A stretch of DNA of 64,000 nucleotides from an uncultured Acidobacteriota bacterium (GTDB lineage: Bacteria > Acidobacteriota > Vicinamibacteria > Vicinamibacterales > CAVVIG01): NCBI GenBank assembly GCA_963794305.1, contig CAWCDQ010000012.1:7884-71883 (forward strand), read 5' to 3'. Shown here piece by piece: positions 38,413-49,395 of this stretch (its first letter is position 1; every line of letters begins with the position of its first letter). The position numbers and the translations under genes are program-made. Under the pieces are notes generated by a model. It worked only from the letters and a program-made list of their open reading frames with translations. It was not told the DNA's origin and did no database searches.

Positions 38413-39368
38413 TGGCGGCAGCTCCTCGAACGTCGCCGGACATGACGGTCATCGTGCCTTGCTACAACGAGGCCGAGATCGTCGAGCGTTTCTGGACGGA
38501 GCTGTCGACGGTCCTCGAGCGGCTCGACGTCACCTGGCGGGTCTGCTTCATCGACGACGGGAGCACCGACTCGACGCTCGAGCGGCTGAACCGCCTCGCG
38601 ATCGCCGACTCGCGGATCCAGGTCTATTCGCTGTCCAGGAACTTCGGGCATCAGGTGGCGCTCTCCGCCGGCCTCGACGTCACGCCGGGATCGCCGGTCG
38701 TGATGATGGACGCGGACCTTCAGCATCCGCCCGCGCTCATTCCCCAGATGATTGCGCTCTGGCGCGGCGGCTGCGACGTGGTGTCGGCGGTTCGAGAGGA
38801 CACCGAGGACGCCACGTGGTTCAAGAGGGCCACGGGGAACGTCTTCTACCGGCTGATCAACCGCTTCAGCGAGACGCCGATCGTCCCTGGCGCCGCCGAC
38901 TTCTGCCTGCTCTCGGCTCGCGCTCACCAGGCTATCTGCTCGATGCCGGAACGGCATCGCTTCCTGCGCGGCATGGTGTCGTGGATCGGATTCAATCGGT
39001 CGTACTTGCCGTTCCAGGCTCCGCGCCGGCCGGCCGGCCAGTCGAAGTACACGACGTTCAAGATGCTGAGCCTCGCCATCGACGCGCTGTTTTCGTTCTC
39101 GGCGGCGCCGATGCGCATGGCCACGCGCTTCGGGCTGGCGCTGCTGGTGCCGGGGATGGCGTACTTCCTCTACATCCTGATCCGGTATGTGGCCCTCGAC
39201 GACTTCGTGCGCGGGTGGGGCTCGCTCATCGGGACGCTGATGATCATCGGCGGTGTCCAGCTGATTTTCATCGGGATGGTCGGCGAGTACCTCGCGCGCA
39301 TTTTCGAAGAATCGAAGCGAAGGCCGCTGTACTTCTTCAAGCAGACGCCAGATGACGGCGACCGCTGA
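38412..39368 (+). CDS. family 2 glycosyltransferase, GtrB/ArnC-like polyprenyl-phosphate sugar synthase
   Basis: Intact. MTVIVPCYNEAEIV..CFIDDGSTDST..VVMMDADLQHPP..GFNRSY..QSKYT, plus two C-terminal TM helices, the typical GtrB architecture. Confidence 0.85.
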   Translation: MAAAPRTSPDMTVIVPCYNEAEIVERFWTELSTVLERLDVTWRVCFIDDGSTDSTLERLNRLAIADSRIQVYSLSRNFGHQVALSAGLDVTPGSPVVMMDADLQHPPALIPQMIALWRGGCDVVSAVREDTEDATWFKRATGNVFYRLINRFSETPIVPGAADFCLLSARAHQAICSMPERHRFLRGMVSWIGFNRSYLPFQAPRRPAGQSKYTTFKMLSLAIDALFSFSAAPMRMATRFGLALLVPGMAYFLYILIRYVALDDFVRGWGSLIGTLMIIGGVQLIFIGMVGEYLARIFEESKRRPLYFFKQTPDDGDR

Positions 39369-40195
39369 GCGGGCGTGTCCGCTGTGCGGATCCCCTCGTG
39401 CGGCGCCGATCTTCAGAAAGCGTGAGGTCGACTATTGGCGGTGCGGCGCGTGCACCTTCAGGTTCGCCACGCCGGACGTCAACCCGAACCTGACGAAGAC
39501 GCTGGCGGACTACGAGGAGGCGTACCTCCAGTACCTTGGCGACGATGCGAGCGATGCCGTCAACTTCGAGTCGCTCTGCCGCTGGATGGAAGGATTCGCG
39601 ACGCTCGAGGGAAAGCGGCTCCTCGACGTCGGCGCCGGCAGCGGCAAGCTCGTACGCTTTCTGCGCAGCCGCGGGATGGATGCTCACGGGATCGAGCCGT
39701 CGCGCGCGCTCTTCGATCGATTTCCTCCGCGACGACCCGGCGTTCACATGTGCCACGCTCGAGGATCTGCACGCGTCGGCGCCGCAGACCTACGACATCG
39801 TCACCGCCTTCGATGTCATCGAGCATGTGCCCGATCCTGGCGGGTTCCTCGCAGGGATCGAGAAACTGCTCGCGCCTGGAGGAACGTGCTTCGTGTCTAC
39901 GCCAGACGTCGAGAGCCTGACCGCCAGGGTGTTCGGCCGCCGGTGGCACTTCTACTACTCATACCATCTGTCGTATCTCGGCCCGCGAACCATCGCGCGA
40001 GCCGCCGCGCCGCACGGACTGCACGTGATCGACGTGCGGCATCGCGGCCGCCTGCGGTCGACGGCCTACATGATCCGATATGGAGCGGAGATGATCGGCG
40101 GGATGCGCGCGCCGGCGTGGGCGCGCTGGTTCGACGGGTGGTACCTGCCCGTGAATCTCTTCGACACGATGTATCTCGTGTTGCGACGCGTGTAG
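39352..40195 (+). CDS. class I SAM-dependent methyltransferase with N-terminal zinc ribbon (1 frame break near 39720)
   Basis: CPLCGS..CGAC ribbon and LLDVGAGSGKLVRFL. In the second frame it reads YDIVTAFDVIEHVPDPGGFLAGIEKLLAPGGTCFVSTP. It overlaps the GT2 stop by 17 nt. Confidence 0.75.
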
Positions 40196-40207
40196 GGACG
40201 CGTTCCG

Positions 40208-40262
40208 GTAGTGTCCGCCTTTTAGGCGGACCGCGAGCAGTCCGGCTAAAGCCGGACACTAC
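40208..40262. repeat. REP-like double-hairpin element, copy A
   Basis: GTAGTGTCCGCCttttaGGCGGACcgcgagcaGTCCGGCtaaaGCCGGACACTAC, located between convergent gene ends. Confidence 0.8.
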
Positions 40263-40275
40263 CGACTAAGGGAGC

Positions 40276-40959
40276 CTACCCTCTGTCTTTGAAGAAGAGG
40301 TACGGATCGATCGCCTTCCCCTTCCACCATTGTCTGTCGGCGTTCAACTCGAACACCGCGAAATGCAGATGCGGCGTATTCGGCGGCGCGTTGCCCGTCG
40401 TGCCGACGTAGCCGATCACGTCGCCCTGCGAGACCGCCATGCCTTCCTTCACGCCGTCGGCATACCGCTGCAGGTGCGCGTAGTAGTAACAGAGATGCCC
40501 GGACGGATCGAACTGGTAGATCGTGAGGCCGCCGGCCTTGCTGTTGAACAGCTTCGCGATCGTGCCGTTCTCGACGGCATGCACCGGCGTGTTGCGAGGG
40601 GCCAGGATGTCGGCCGCCTCGTGCGGCCGCTTGCTGCCGCGCGTCTCGGCGAAGCCGCCCTTGAGCGACTCGATCGTTTCGCCGTCGATCGGCATGCGGA
40701 GACGGCCACGCGGGATGTCGCCGGTCGTCGCCGTCGGTGACGGCGCGGCGCTGATGCGTGCGTCGGCCGGGCCGGCTGGGGCTGAAGCGCGCGCGTCACG
40801 CGCGTCGGTTGCAGGCGCCGGCTCGGCACGGAGGACGAGATCCGATCCCGTGGGCCTCGGCGGGCCGTGCGTCCGCAGCCAGCCGTCGACCGCCGCTCCC
40901 GCAGCGAACGCGGCGAGCAGCGCGAGTGGAATCGCGCCGCTGAAACGCTGCCTGCTCAT
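40276..40959 (-). CDS. M23 family metallopeptidase
   Basis: Start MSRQRFSGAIPLALLAAFAAGAAV (ATG 40959). Motifs HEAADILAPRNTPVHAV..GYVGTTGNAPPNTPHLHFAV. Confidence 0.85.
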   Translation of the reverse strand: MSRQRFSGAIPLALLAAFAAGAAVDGWLRTHGPPRPTGSDLVLRAEPAPATDARDARASAPAGPADARISAAPSPTATTGDIPRGRLRMPIDGETIESLKGGFAETRGSKRPHEAADILAPRNTPVHAVENGTIAKLFNSKAGGLTIYQFDPSGHLCYYYAHLQRYADGVKEGMAVSQGDVIGYVGTTGNAPPNTPHLHFAVFELNADRQWWKGKAIDPYLFFKDRG

Positions 40960-41952
40960 TTGAAGATCACCGGCGTGCCCGGCTTCACGAGCGCGGCAAC
41001 CCGCGCCGCGTCCCAATTCGTCAGGCGCACGCAGCCGTGCGATTCGGTATGTCCGATGTGGCCCGGCTCCGGCGTGCCGTGAAGGCCGTAGTGTTCGAGG
41101 TTCAGCGCGATCCAGACGACGCCCACCGGATTGTTCGGGCCCGGCTTGATCGCGGCGCCCACGTCCTTGGGGTTGGCATCCCAGAACAGATCCGGGTTGT
41201 AGTGGAACACCGGGTGCCAGCCGATACCCGTGACCTTCCAGTCGCCAATCGGCAGCGGGTCGTGGAGGCTGCCGCTCGAGACCGGCGCGTAGAACACCAG
41301 CGTGCCGTCCGCGCGCGTTGCGCGCAGCGCCGACTCCTCGCGAGAGACTTCGATGCGGACGTCGCTGTTTGCCGCGTCGTGAACGGGTTTGGCGTCCGGA
41401 TCGAAGGGCGTCGACGTCCGGCACTTTGATCGTGCGCCCGGCCGTCATCGGCACGCCGCGATTCAGTTGCGCGAGAAGCTCAGGCGAGGCGTGAAACCGC
41501 TCGGCGAGCCGCTCCATCGGGGACTGGTAGCCGAGGGCATCGAGCTTTGCCTGATCCTCGAGTTTGGGCGGGATCCGTTTCTCAAACGGCCCTTTGACGT
41601 CCGCGTCCGTCAACTTGTAGCTCGTGATGGCGGGTTGGTCGAACCCGGCGCCGAGCGCCTTCCAGGTCGCGCAATCAGGTTGACCGGTGGGCTGCAGCTT
41701 GTTCGCCGTCTGCCAGGCGATGAGCGCATGCGACAGGTTCGCGCCTCGTGCGGCCGTCGATCTGGCCCGGCGAAAAACCCTCCCGATCCAGCCGCACCTG
41801 GAAGCCGACGAGATCGCCGCACGAGAGCGATCGGCCGGCGGTGTATGCGGAGCAGGTTTGGCGGGACGTGTCTTTGGCGCCGCCCCGACGCTGACCTGCA
41901 GCGCGGTTCCTGCGACGAGGGCAACGATCAGCTGGATAGTGCGCTTCAGCAT
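40956..41952 (-). CDS. L,D-transpeptidase (YkuD) with N-terminal peptidoglycan-binding domain (3 frame breaks)
   Basis: Start MLKRTIQLIVALVAGTAL. PG-binding-like region FQVRLDREGFSPGQIDGR..ALIAWQTANKLQPTGQPD. Catalytic region HGTPEPGHIGHTESHGCVRLTNWDA. Its stop forms an ATGA overlap with the M23 start. Breaks are near 41845, 41757 and 41407. Confidence 0.75.
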
Positions 41953-42023
41953 CCTGCAGATGGACTGTGCAGGAGCCGTGCCGCGTGGAAGGCAGAGCAG
42001 TAGAATGATCGGTCGTTTCAGCG

Positions 42024-45000
42024 ATGCGCGCAACGTTGTCCAGCCCTACCGTTTTCCTTTGCACGCTGTTGGCCTCGCTCGGCCTGCTCGGCGCGCTGGC
42101 CTCTTCGAGCCAGGAAACACCAGGCCGCACCGCGCCCGCTGACACGCGCCGACGGATTTCAGACGAGCGTCAAACCTTTTCTCCAGACCTATTGCTTCGC
42201 ATGCCACAGCGGCAACCAGCCTGCGGCCGGACTGGATCTGACGTCCTATTCCGATCGTGATTCCGTCGTCAGGGATCAGCGCCGGTGGAATCTGGTGCTC
42301 GCGCGGCTCAAGGCGGGGGAGATGCCTCCCACTCAGGCGAGGCAGCGTCCGACGTCCGCTCAGGTTCAATCGGTCATCGAGTGGATTGAGGCGATGGCCG
42401 CCGAGGAGGCCGCACGCCATCCCGGCGATCCGGGCATCGTGCTCGCGCGGAGGTTGAGCAACGCCGAATACGACTACACCATCCGCGATTTGACCGGGGT
42501 CGACATCCGCCCGACGAAGGAGTTTCCGGTGGATCCCGCCAACCAGGCGGGCTTCGACAACTCGGGAGAGTCGCTGGCGATGTCTCCCGCCCTGATCAAG
42601 AAATACCTCGACGCCACCAGGCTCGTGGCCAGCCACATCGTGTTTGTGCCGGGCGGCTTCTCGTTCGCGCCGTACCCGGTCGTGACGGACGAAGACCGCG
42701 ACAAGTACGCGGTGAACCGCATCGTCGATTTCTACAAGCGCCAGCCGCTGGACTACGCCGATTACTTTCTGGCCGCGTGGCGCTATCGCCATCGCGCCGC
42801 GCTGCGCCGGCCAGACGCGACGCTCGCCGATGTCGCCAGGGACGCCAGGGTCAGCCCCAAATACCTGAACAGGATCTGGGCGATGCTGACGGCGCCGGCC
42901 GACGACGTCGGGCCGATGGCGGCGCTCCGGGTACGCTGGAACGCGCCTGCCGCCACCTGTCGACCACAAGGAACCGGACACGCTCCGCGCGGCGGCGAGC
43001 TGGATGCGCGATTTCATCGTGGGTCTTCGGCCTCGTGTCGCGATGACGTTCGACAACCTCCCCGCGCGAGGGATCGCCGCCGGCTCGCAGTCGCTGGTGC
43101 TCTGGAAAGATCGCCAGTACGCCGAACACCGGACCACCTATCCTGGCAATGCGCTGCAGCTCGATCTGTCGGCCTACCGACCGTCCGACCCGCTGGTGAT
43201 CGCTCCGGCCACGGAGGAGGCGCGTGCGCGGTACGAGCAGTCGTTCAAGGAATTCTGCGCCCTGTTCCCCGATACGTTTTATGTCTCGGAGCGCGGCCGC
43301 ATGTTCCTGACCAACCCGCGCGAGATCGCCTCCGACGCGGAGGGACACCGCTTGTTGAGCGCCGGTTTCCACAGTCAGATGGGCTACTTCCGCGATGATG
43401 CGCCGCTCTACGAGCTGGTGCTCGATCGCGACCAGCAGCGCCAATTGGACGGCTTGTGGAACGATCTCGATTTCATCACGCTCGCTCCCGTCAGGCAGTT
43501 CAAGCAGTTCATCTGGTTCGAGCGCGCGGAGCCGCCCAGCTTCATGGTCAGCGCGCAGTTCAACGGTTTCCGCTCGGAGGACGACGACATCACCTCGGAG
43601 GCGAAAATCACGAGGCTCGCCGAGGTGTATCTGGCCAAGGCGCGCGAGGTGACCAACGACGTTGCGCTCGGCGTCGTCCGGGACTATTTCGATCGCATGA
43701 ACGCGAACGTGCGCGCGCTGGAACGCGCGAAGGCCGCTGCCGAACCGAGCCACCTCGACGCGCTGCTCGCGTTCGCCGGCCGCGCGTACCGCCGCCCCCT
43801 GACGAAAGCGGAGAAGGACGATCTCCTCGCCTTCTACCATTCGCTGCGCGATCAACACCTCAGTCACGAAGACGCGATTCGCGACGCCGTGGTCAGCGTG
43901 CTGATGTCGCCGTTCTTCTGCTACCGCGTCGACCCGCCTTCGCTCACGCAGAATTCGGGGCGAGCTTCGGCGGGCCAGGCGGCCGACGTCGAGCCGCTCG
44001 CCGACTACGCGCTCGCGAGCCGCTTGAGCTACTTCCTCTGGTCGAGCATGCCAGACGACGAGCTGATGAAACACGCGGCCGCCGGAGATCTGCGCAAGCC
44101 CGACGTGCTGGCGGCGCAGGCAAGGCGCATGCTGCAGGACGGCCGCATCCGGAACCTGGCGACTGAATTTGCCGGCAACTGGCTCGACGTCCGCCGGTTC
44201 GAAGAGCACAACGCCGTGGACCGCGAGCGGTTCCCCGCCTTCACGAACGAGCTGCGCGAAGCGATGTTCGAGGAGCCGATCCGCTTTGTCGTGGACCTCA
44301 TTCAGCGCAACGGCTCCGTCCTCGATTTCCTCTACGGCAACTACACGTTCGTCAATCCGGTGCTGGCCCGGCACTACGGGATGCCGGAGCCGCCAGCCGA
44401 CGAGATGGGTCCGCGTCGATGAGGCGCAAAAGTACGCGCGCGGCGGACTGCTGCCGATGTCGGTCTTCCTGACGAAGAACGCGCCCGGCTTGCGGACCAG
44501 CCCGGTCAAACGCGGCTACTGGATCGTTCATCGTCTGCTCGGCGAATACATTCCGCGCGCCGCCGCCCGATGTTCCCGTGCTGCCGACCGACGAGACGAA
44601 GCTCGGGGATCTGACGCTCCGCGAAACGCTCGCCCAGCATCGGGCGAACCCGGCCTGTGCCAGCTGCCACGCGAAGTTCGACGCCTTTGGGCTCGTGTTC
44701 GAAGGCTATGGACCGGTTGGAGAGACGCGCACCCAGGACCTCGCGGGACGGCCGGTGCAGATCGACGCGACGTTCCCCGACGGCACCGCCGGCAACGGAC
44801 TCGAAGGGCTGCGCGCGTTCATGCGCGCGAAAGGGCAGAGCAAGTTCGTCGACAACCTGTGCCGCGAACTGCTGGTCTATGGATTGGGCCGCAGCCTGCT
44901 GCTGTCCGACGAACCGCTCCTTGCCGACATGCGCAAAAACCTGTCGACGCGCGGCTTCAAGTTTGGCAACCTTGTCCAGAGCATCGTCACCAGCCGGCAG

Positions 45001-45033
45001 TTCCTGACGAAGCAGTCGATGCCCGGCTCCTGA
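42024..45033 (+). CDS. DUF1592/DUF1588/DUF1585-family protein with PSCyt-type c-haem domain (4 frame breaks)
   Basis: Signal peptide and CxxCH (YCFACHSGNQPAAGLDL..LKAGEMPP). Family motifs: RRLSNAEYDYTIRDLTG, LASRLSYFLWSSMPDDEL, RTSPVKRGYWI, NPACASCHAKFDAFG. Breaks are near 42150, 42945, 44405 and 44555. Confidence 0.8.
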
Positions 45034-45041
45034 ATGAACCC

Positions 45042-46381
45042 ATGACGAAGAGCAGCCCTCTCCAGCGAAATTCGCGTGAACTGTCGCGGCGCCGGTTTCT
45101 TCGCGGCACCGGCGTCGTGATGGCGCTGCCATGGCTCGAGTCGCTGCCGGTCTGGGGCGCCGAGCCGATGGCTGCCGCTGCGCCGAAACGGCTTGCCGTC
45201 CTGTTCATGGCCAACGGCGTCAATCCCGATCTGTGGTGGGCGAAGGGCTCGGGCGCCGCGATTGAACTGGGTCCCAGCCTGGCGCCGCTGGAACCGCTCA
45301 AAGGCAAGTTCAACTACATCAAGGGCCTGTTCAACAAGGCCGCGACCGGCGTCGGCATCCATCCGGGCATGACCGGCAACATGCTGTCCGGCGTGTCGCT
45401 CACAAGGGCGCCGAACTGCACGGCGGCGTCAGCCTGGATCAGGTGCTGGCCAGCCACATCGGCGACCAGACCGTGCAGCCGAGCATGGTCCTGGGATGCG
45501 AGCAGCCGATCACCGGCTACCACGAGACGAACTTCTCGATGGCCTACAGCTCGCACATCTCCTGGCAGAGTCCGACGTCGCCGGTGCCGATGGAGGTGTA
45601 TCCGTCGCTGGCGTTCGACAGCCTGTTCGACAACCGCGGCAGCCAGCGCAACCTGAGCGTGCTCGATCGCGTCATGGAGCAGGCCGGATCGCTCAGCCGG
45701 CGCGTCAGTTCCACGGACAAGGCAAAGCTGGACGAATACCTCACCAGCGTGCGCGAGGTGGAGAAGCGCGCTCAGGACATGCGCGCCGCGAAGGACAAGG
45801 CCGACGCCAACGCCAGAGGCCGCAGCGTGCCCGTGGCCATGATGGCGCGCCCCGACAACGGCTTGCCCGAGGACATCCGCGAGCACATGCGGCTGATGTG
45901 CGACATCATGGCGCTGGCGTTCCAGACCGACAAGACACGCGTCGCCACGCTGCTGCTGTGCCGCGACATCTCCGGCCTGTTCTATCCGTTCCTGGACGTG
46001 AGGCTGGCGCATCACCTGGCCAGCGCACGAGGACAGTCGCGACGCGTACAAGCGGATCAAGCAGTTACTACATGAGCCAGTACGCCTATCTGATCGACAA
46101 GCTCGCCGCGATGCCGGAAGGCGAGAGCACGGTGCTCGACAACTCGTGCCTCGTGTTCATGTCGAACATGTGGTCGGGCAGCAATCACGACAGCACGAAG
46201 GTGCCCGTGCTCACGGCCGGCGACGCTCGGCGGGACGCTCGAAACCGGCCGCGTCCTCGACTACACGCTCGCCGGCGACGAGAACCGCAAGTTGTGCAGC
46301 TTCTATCTCTCGCTGATGGACCGGATGGGCGTGAAGCTCGATCGGTTCGGCGACGCTACACAGCGGCTGGACGGGATCTGA
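45042..46381 (+). CDS. DUF1552 family protein, Tat signal (4 frame breaks)
   Basis: SRRRFLRGTGVVMALPWLES. Pieces lie in ORFs 44169 (tail), 45443-46075 and 45496 (tail), with a final frame to stop 46379-46381. Motifs ..SWQSPTSPVP.., ..LAFQTDKTRVATL.., ..STVLDNSCLVFMSNMWSGSNH... Paralogue of 48052-49395. Confidence 0.8.
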
Positions 46382-46403
46382 CGCGGCATCGAGCGTTTCA
46401 TCT

Positions 46404-46455
46404 GTAGTGTCCGCCTTCAGGCGGACCGCCGAAGTCCGGCTAAGCCGGACACTAC
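46404..46455. repeat. REP-like double-hairpin element, copy B
   Basis: GTAGTGTCCGCCttcaGGCGGACcgccgaaGTCCGGCtaaGCCGGACACTAC, located between convergent gene ends. Confidence 0.8.
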
Positions 46456-46478
46456 CGACTACAGGGAAGCCATTTTCT

Positions 46479-48046
46479 TCACTCAGTCGCCCCAAGCTGC
46501 TTGAGCAGCGCCACCGTGCTGGGATGTGCCAATGCGATCGGCGGCTCGAAGCCGAGCAAATCTGCGCCAGCCGGGGCCGCAGCTCTCCCTCGGCCGGTGG
46601 TTGAACCGAACATCGCCGCCGCGAGCGGTGTGATTCCGCGCGTATTTTTCACGTTGACGCCGGCGCCGCGCTCGACGAGGAACTGGACGACCGTGTCGTA
46701 GCCGAGCGCGGCCGCGACATGAAGCGCGGTATCGCCGGTCTGGCTCGCCGCATTCACGTCGCCGCCCAGTGCGACCGCCGCTGCGACGGCATCGCGCACG
46801 CGGCTTTCCGGTTCGACTTTGCCAAAGTCGATCGTTTCGATTCCGCGCCGGCTCGCCGTCTTGCTCGATCCCATTCCCGCGGCCAGCATGACCGCCGTGG
46901 TCCCGTTCGGCATGATCAGACTCGGATCGGCGCCTCCGGCCACGAGCGCCCTCATGATGTCGGGCTCGAGGAACCGGGCCGCGAGCAGATACGGCGGTGT
47001 TCCGATCAGCGTTGCTGGAAGGTTCCAGTCGGTGGTATCGCGCCGCATCGGCGTGCCCTTCGTGATCTGGAAGATTCGGATCGGCGCCGCGCGCGAGGAG
47101 CGCGTTCACCAGCTTCAGATCGCTTCTCAAGATCGCCGCGTGCAGGGCGGTGTATCCACTGCCGATGGCATTGGGATCGGCGCCGTGTTCCAGCAGCAGC
47201 GCCGCGACGCTGCCATGGCCGCTGTGCGCGGCGAGCACGAGCGCACTGACAGCGTCCGGCTGCGAATCGTTCGCGTCCGCGCCCGCTTTCAGCAATATGC
47301 GTGCGGACTCGTCGTCGCCAACGCGGGCGGCAAACAGGAGCGGCGTGGCGCCGCCGCGCAACACGGTGTAGTTCAGCTCCTCCCGGCCCGCCCGCTGCGT
47401 CTGCTCGCCGACGACGGTCTGCGGGTAGGTGAGCGAACGGGCGCGGACATCGGCGCCGGCGTCGATCAGCAGCTGCACGACGTCCGGGTGGCGTTCGGCC
47501 ACCGCCCACATCAGCGCGGTCTGTTGATGATGCGTGCTCCCTGGCGTTCACGGCGGCGCCGCGAACGATCAGCGCACGAACCGCCTTCGCGTCGCCCGCG
47601 CGTGCGCAGGTCATCAGTACCGTCTCGCCGCCGGACAGGGCCGCCCTGGGGTCGGCGTCCGCCGCCAGCAGCCGCTCGACCATCGGCGCGCTGCGATTCG
47701 TGCAGGCCAGATGCAGGGGCGTGGCTCCGAGGTCGTTGGCGGCATTCGCGCGCGCGCCGGAGCGAATCAGCAGATCGGCCATGGCAAGGTCGTCGCGATG
47801 CACCGCCCAGTGAAGCGCCGTCGCGCCATCACCCTGCGCCGCATTCACATCGATGCGCTGCTTCAGCAGCGCTCGCACCGATTCAATGTCGCGGTCTTTC
47901 ACCGCCTGGATCAGCCTGCGGGTCGATCGGTGCAGCGGCGCCGATTGTGGACGCGATGGCGACCAGACAGGCAGACGCACGGCGAGGCGACCAGACAAGC
48001 TCCGACGAGTTCCGAATTCAGCAATGCGCGACATATCGCGACGCAT
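46479..48046 (-). CDS. ankyrin repeat protein (at least 2 frame breaks)
   Basis: Stitched from ORFs 47006-48046, 46483-47511 and 46479-47048. There are at least 10 ANK repeats (GATALHWAVHRDDLAMADLLIRSGARANA.., GDTALHVAAALGYDTVVQFLVERGAGVNV..). The start lies 5 nt after the stop of the DUF1552 gene. Confidence 0.75.
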
Positions 48047-48051
48047 CGCGC

Positions 48052-49395
48052 CTACAACGAGAGAATCCGCGCATCGACTCGTCCCGTGCTGTCCCCGATC
48101 GAATCCCGGTGGATGCCGAACTGATCCAGCAGCGTCAGATGCAGATTCGCCAGCGGCATCTGCTTGAATCGAATATGCCGTCCGCCCTTCAGGTGTCCGG
48201 CGCCGCCTCCGGCAAGGATCATCGGAATATCAATCGGCGAATGGCTGTTGCTGTCCGCGATGCCCGCGCCGTACATCATCGTCACGTGGTCGAGGAGCGT
48301 GCCGTCGCCGTCAGGCGTCGCCTGGAGCTTCTGGAGCATCCGCGCGAACATCTGCATGTGATACGCGTTGATCTTCGCGACCTTGGCGACTTTCTCCGGC
48401 TCCTGCTGGTGGTGCGAGATCGGGTGATGCGCGTCGGGGACGCCGATCTGCGGATAGGTCATGCCGCTGTGCTCGTGTCCCACCATGAAGGTGATGACGC
48501 GGGTGAGATCGCATTGAAACGCCAGCACCTGCAGATCGAGCATCAGGTTCATGTGATCTTCCCAGCCGGCTGGAATGCCGGCGGGATGATCGACCAGCGG
48601 CAGTTCACGATCGCTCTGCTGCTCGGCAATCTGAATGCGCTGCTCGACGCCGCGGATGGCGTCGAGATACTCGGTCAGCTTCGTGCGATCGTTCTGAGGC
48701 AGCGCTCCCCGAAGGTGCGCGACCTCTTCGCTGACCGAGTCGAGCACGCTTCGCTGCTGTTGCAGCCGCGCCAGCCGCGCCTTCGGATCCGTGCTGGTGC
48801 TGTCGCCGAACAGGCGCTCGAACACCACGCGCGGGTTGTTCTGCGTCGGCAGCGGCGTGTTCTGGCTCTTCCAGCTGATCGTGTTCGTGTACGGACAGGC
48901 GAACCCGGTGTCGCAGGCGCCTGCTGTCTCGCCGGACTCGATCGCCAGTTCGAGCGACGCCAGCTGCGTCAGCTTGCCGGTCTCCTGCGCCAGGATCTGA
49001 TCCATCGAGATGCCGGCATCGAGCCAGGTCTCGCTCGTCGGCGGTGAGACGTCGGTCAGAAAGCGCGTGCTCGCTTTCGCATGGGCCCCGCCTGGCCGTC
49101 CGGGCGGGGGAATGCACTCCAGCCCGCTCAGCACGAGCACCTGCTCGCGAAACGGCGCGAGGGCGCTCAACGTGGGCGTCAGCTCGTAGCCCGGACCTTC
49201 GATCGACGGCAGATAGTTCTTCATGATCATGCCGTTGGGCACGTACATGACGCCGAACCGGTTGATCGGTTTGGCGGCCGTCTTCTGAAAAGCCGAAAGC
49301 GCGGGCACCATGCTGTCGAGCAGCGGCAGCGCCAGCATCGAGCCCAGGCCGCGTAAGGCCGTGCGCCGCGGGATGACACGCTTCGAGATGATCAT
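48052..49395 (-). CDS. DUF1552 family protein, Tat signal (intact)
   Basis: Start MIISKRVIPRRTALRGLGSMLALPLLDS. The 447-aa body is continuous. The ATGA overlap (49392-49395) with the upstream gene's stop is visible once one frame break is corrected. Confidence 0.85.
   Translation of the reverse strand: MIISKRVIPRRTALRGLGSMLALPLLDSMVPALSAFQKTAAKPINRFGVMYVPNGMIMKNYLPSIEGPGYELTPTLSALAPFREQVLVLSGLECIPPPGRPGGAHAKASTRFLTDVSPPTSETWLDAGISMDQILAQETGKLTQLASLELAIESGETAGACDTGFACPYTNTISWKSQNTPLPTQNNPRVVFERLFGDSTSTDPKARLARLQQQRSVLDSVSEEVAHLRGALPQNDRTKLTEYLDAIRGVEQRIQIAEQQSDRELPLVDHPAGIPAGWEDHMNLMLDLQVLAFQCDLTRVITFMVGHEHSGMTYPQIGVPDAHHPISHHQQEPEKVAKVAKINAYHMQMFARMLQKLQATPDGDGTLLDHVTMMYGAGIADSNSHSPIDIPMILAGGGAGHLKGGRHIRFKQMPLANLHLTLLDQFGIHRDSIGDSTGRVDARILSL

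Noticed and set aside
38420-39355. Continuation of ORF 38006-39355 across the GT2 gene
   Set aside because: Only the first approximately 135 codons belong to the upstream membrane protein. The rest is an out-of-frame overlap of the clearly coding GtrB-like gene.
40276-42033. 585-aa ORF suggesting one large protein
   Set aside because: It is a chimera. The C-terminal 228 aa are the M23 peptidase. The middle is out-of-frame read-through of the L,D-transpeptidase, whose catalytic domain lies in ORF 40956-41297.
46819-49047. 742-aa plus-strand ORF
   Set aside because: It is antisense to the ankyrin and DUF1552 genes, low-complexity and Arg-rich, with no start context.
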